Virus record (IMG/VR): IMGVR_UViG_3300010347_002503
Coordinates: 1-64,000 of that record
DNA: 64,000 nucleotides
Direction: 5' to 3' (one strand)
Source: a virus
Lineage: Duplodnaviria > Heunggongvirae > Uroviricota > Caudoviricetes
This document shows, one piece after another, positions 63,099 to 64,000 of this stretch (the stretch's first letter is position 1; each line of letters begins with the position of its first letter). A program made the position numbers and the translations under genes. The notes under the pieces are model-generated. The model had not been told where the DNA came from, made no database searches, and saw nothing but the letters and a program-made list of their open reading frames with translations.

Positions 63099-63749
63099 AT
63101 GAAACCAAAGAAAAGCAATATCGAAATCATTAAATCATATCTCGCCGGAGAACGTCCTTTTGTCCAAGTTGGGTACACGCCAAGGGTTGTTGAACGGAAA
63201 GAGGGCGAAGAATGGGAAGATGCCCAAGGCAGAAGATGGGTTCAACGAAATGGTTACAGAACTCAAATTAACAAGCAAGCTCAGTTAATTCGTGAAGCCA
63301 CTAATCAAGTATGTAAGTGTGGCCAGAACATTAAGTTTGGAAATCGTTTTGACGAAAAGTTTTTCGCAAAGACAGGAATGTGCTATGATTGCACAATCAA
63401 ACACGAAACAGAACTTAGAGTGTTAGGTGTTTTTGCCCATTATGAACGATGGAAGCTTTTATCCAACTATCTTAGCTATTTGGAAGATATCAAGCGAAAA
63501 ATCGAAGATAGCATTAAATATCTACAAAATGAGCCAGATACGTTAAGTATCCTTTGTAATGGAGAGGGTTTCCTCGAAAAGTTCAAAGGAATCAATACCA
63601 CAGATTTGCTTACTTCTGCTCAAAAAGACTTGGAAGAAATAGAACAAACAATTAAGAAGGTTGCAAAAGATAAGGCAGACGCCAAGAAAATCTATGATTC
63701 GGAACTAACCAAAGCCAAGAAAGCAGCTAAGGCGGCTTTAAAAAAGTAA
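63099..63749 (+). CDS. hypothetical protein, possible small terminase subunit
   Basis: Sits directly upstream of the large terminase; CKCG...CYDC Zn motif and a C-terminal coiled-coil. Confidence 0.35.
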   Translation: MKPKKSNIEIIKSYLAGERPFVQVGYTPRVVERKEGEEWEDAQGRRWVQRNGYRTQINKQAQLIREATNQVCKCGQNIKFGNRFDEKFFAKTGMCYDCTIKHETELRVLGVFAHYERWKLLSNYLSYLEDIKRKIEDSIKYLQNEPDTLSILCNGEGFLEKFKGINTTDLLTSAQKDLEEIEQTIKKVAKDKADAKKIYDSELTKAKKAAKAALKK

Positions 63750-63751
63750 CC

Positions 63752-64000
63752 ATGAGCAACCAACAAACTCCAAGAAAAACCCTCCAAGAAATCATCAGGG
63801 AGGAATATAAGAAGTGCCTGACGGACCCCGTATATTTCATGCGGAAGTACGTTAAAATTCAACATCCAATTCGTGGAACCATAAATTTTGATTTGTATCC
63901 TTTTCAGGCCAAAACTCTAGAAGAATTTGCAAAACACGATTTCAACATTGTGTTGAAATCTCGTCAGATGGGGATTTCAACCTTGGTTGCAGCGTATTCG
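63752..64000 (+). CDS. terL: terminase large subunit (5' partial; continues beyond window)
   Basis: N-terminal ATPase lead-in HPIRGTINFDLYPFQAKTLEE...VLKSRQMGISTLVAAY, typical of T4 gp17-like terminases. Confidence 0.7.
   Translation, partial: MSNQQTPRKTLQEIIREEYKKCLTDPVYFMRKYVKIQHPIRGTINFDLYPFQAKTLEEFAKHDFNIVLKSRQMGISTLVAAYS

Overview
This window is a contiguous, entirely plus-strand-coded segment of a large tailed phage (jumbo-type myovirus) with a T4-like structural and replication core. About 40% GC; the host is unknown but recognises sigma70-type -35/-10 promoters. From 5' to 3': (i) a membrane-associated accessory module (lipoprotein, Zn-ribbon protein, SPFH/band-7 protein, secreted metallophosphoesterase) driven by early promoters with the shape TTGACTTTTT-N16-TATAGT. 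(ii) An ~18 kb tRNA island (4.2-22 kb) with at least 45 tRNA genes, including all Ser, Ala, Pro, Thr and Val isoacceptors. Small accessory genes sit between the tRNAs: a papain-like C1 peptidase, a C39-like peptidase, a carbohydrate-sulfotransferase-like protein, a SpoU/TrmH RNA 2'-O-methyltransferase, an HNH endonuclease, a PKD-domain protein and many Zn-ribbon mini-proteins. (iii) HPr-like, PhoH and Hsp20 auxiliary genes. (iv) A structural module: two paralogous tail-fibre proteins with SASYA repeats, a gp25-like baseplate wedge, a gp6-like baseplate protein, an 824-aa and a 1987-aa Gly/Ser-repeat fibre protein, and further large structural proteins. (v) Replication and recombination genes: a RuvC-like resolvase, a T5orf172/GIY-YIG protein, an AT-rich LAGLIDADG homing-endonuclease insertion, a DnaG/T7-type primase and a fused Mre11-Rad50 (SbcD-SbcC) polypeptide with a CxxC zinc hook. 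(vi) A repeat-rich structural protein, a possible small terminase and the 5' end of the large terminase. The most unusual content is the tRNA island. A subset of tRNAs forms a coherent non-canonical class: the D-loop lacks G18-G19, and the TpsiC loop is replaced by AGCRTWA or related loops. Several other tRNAs carry internal insertions of 10-25 nt, and one is a bare acceptor/T-arm minihelix. There is also a conserved 10-mer, CTATTTATAG, placed 2-25 nt upstream of at least 7 start codons, and an orphan promoter-to-terminator unit of ~190 nt.
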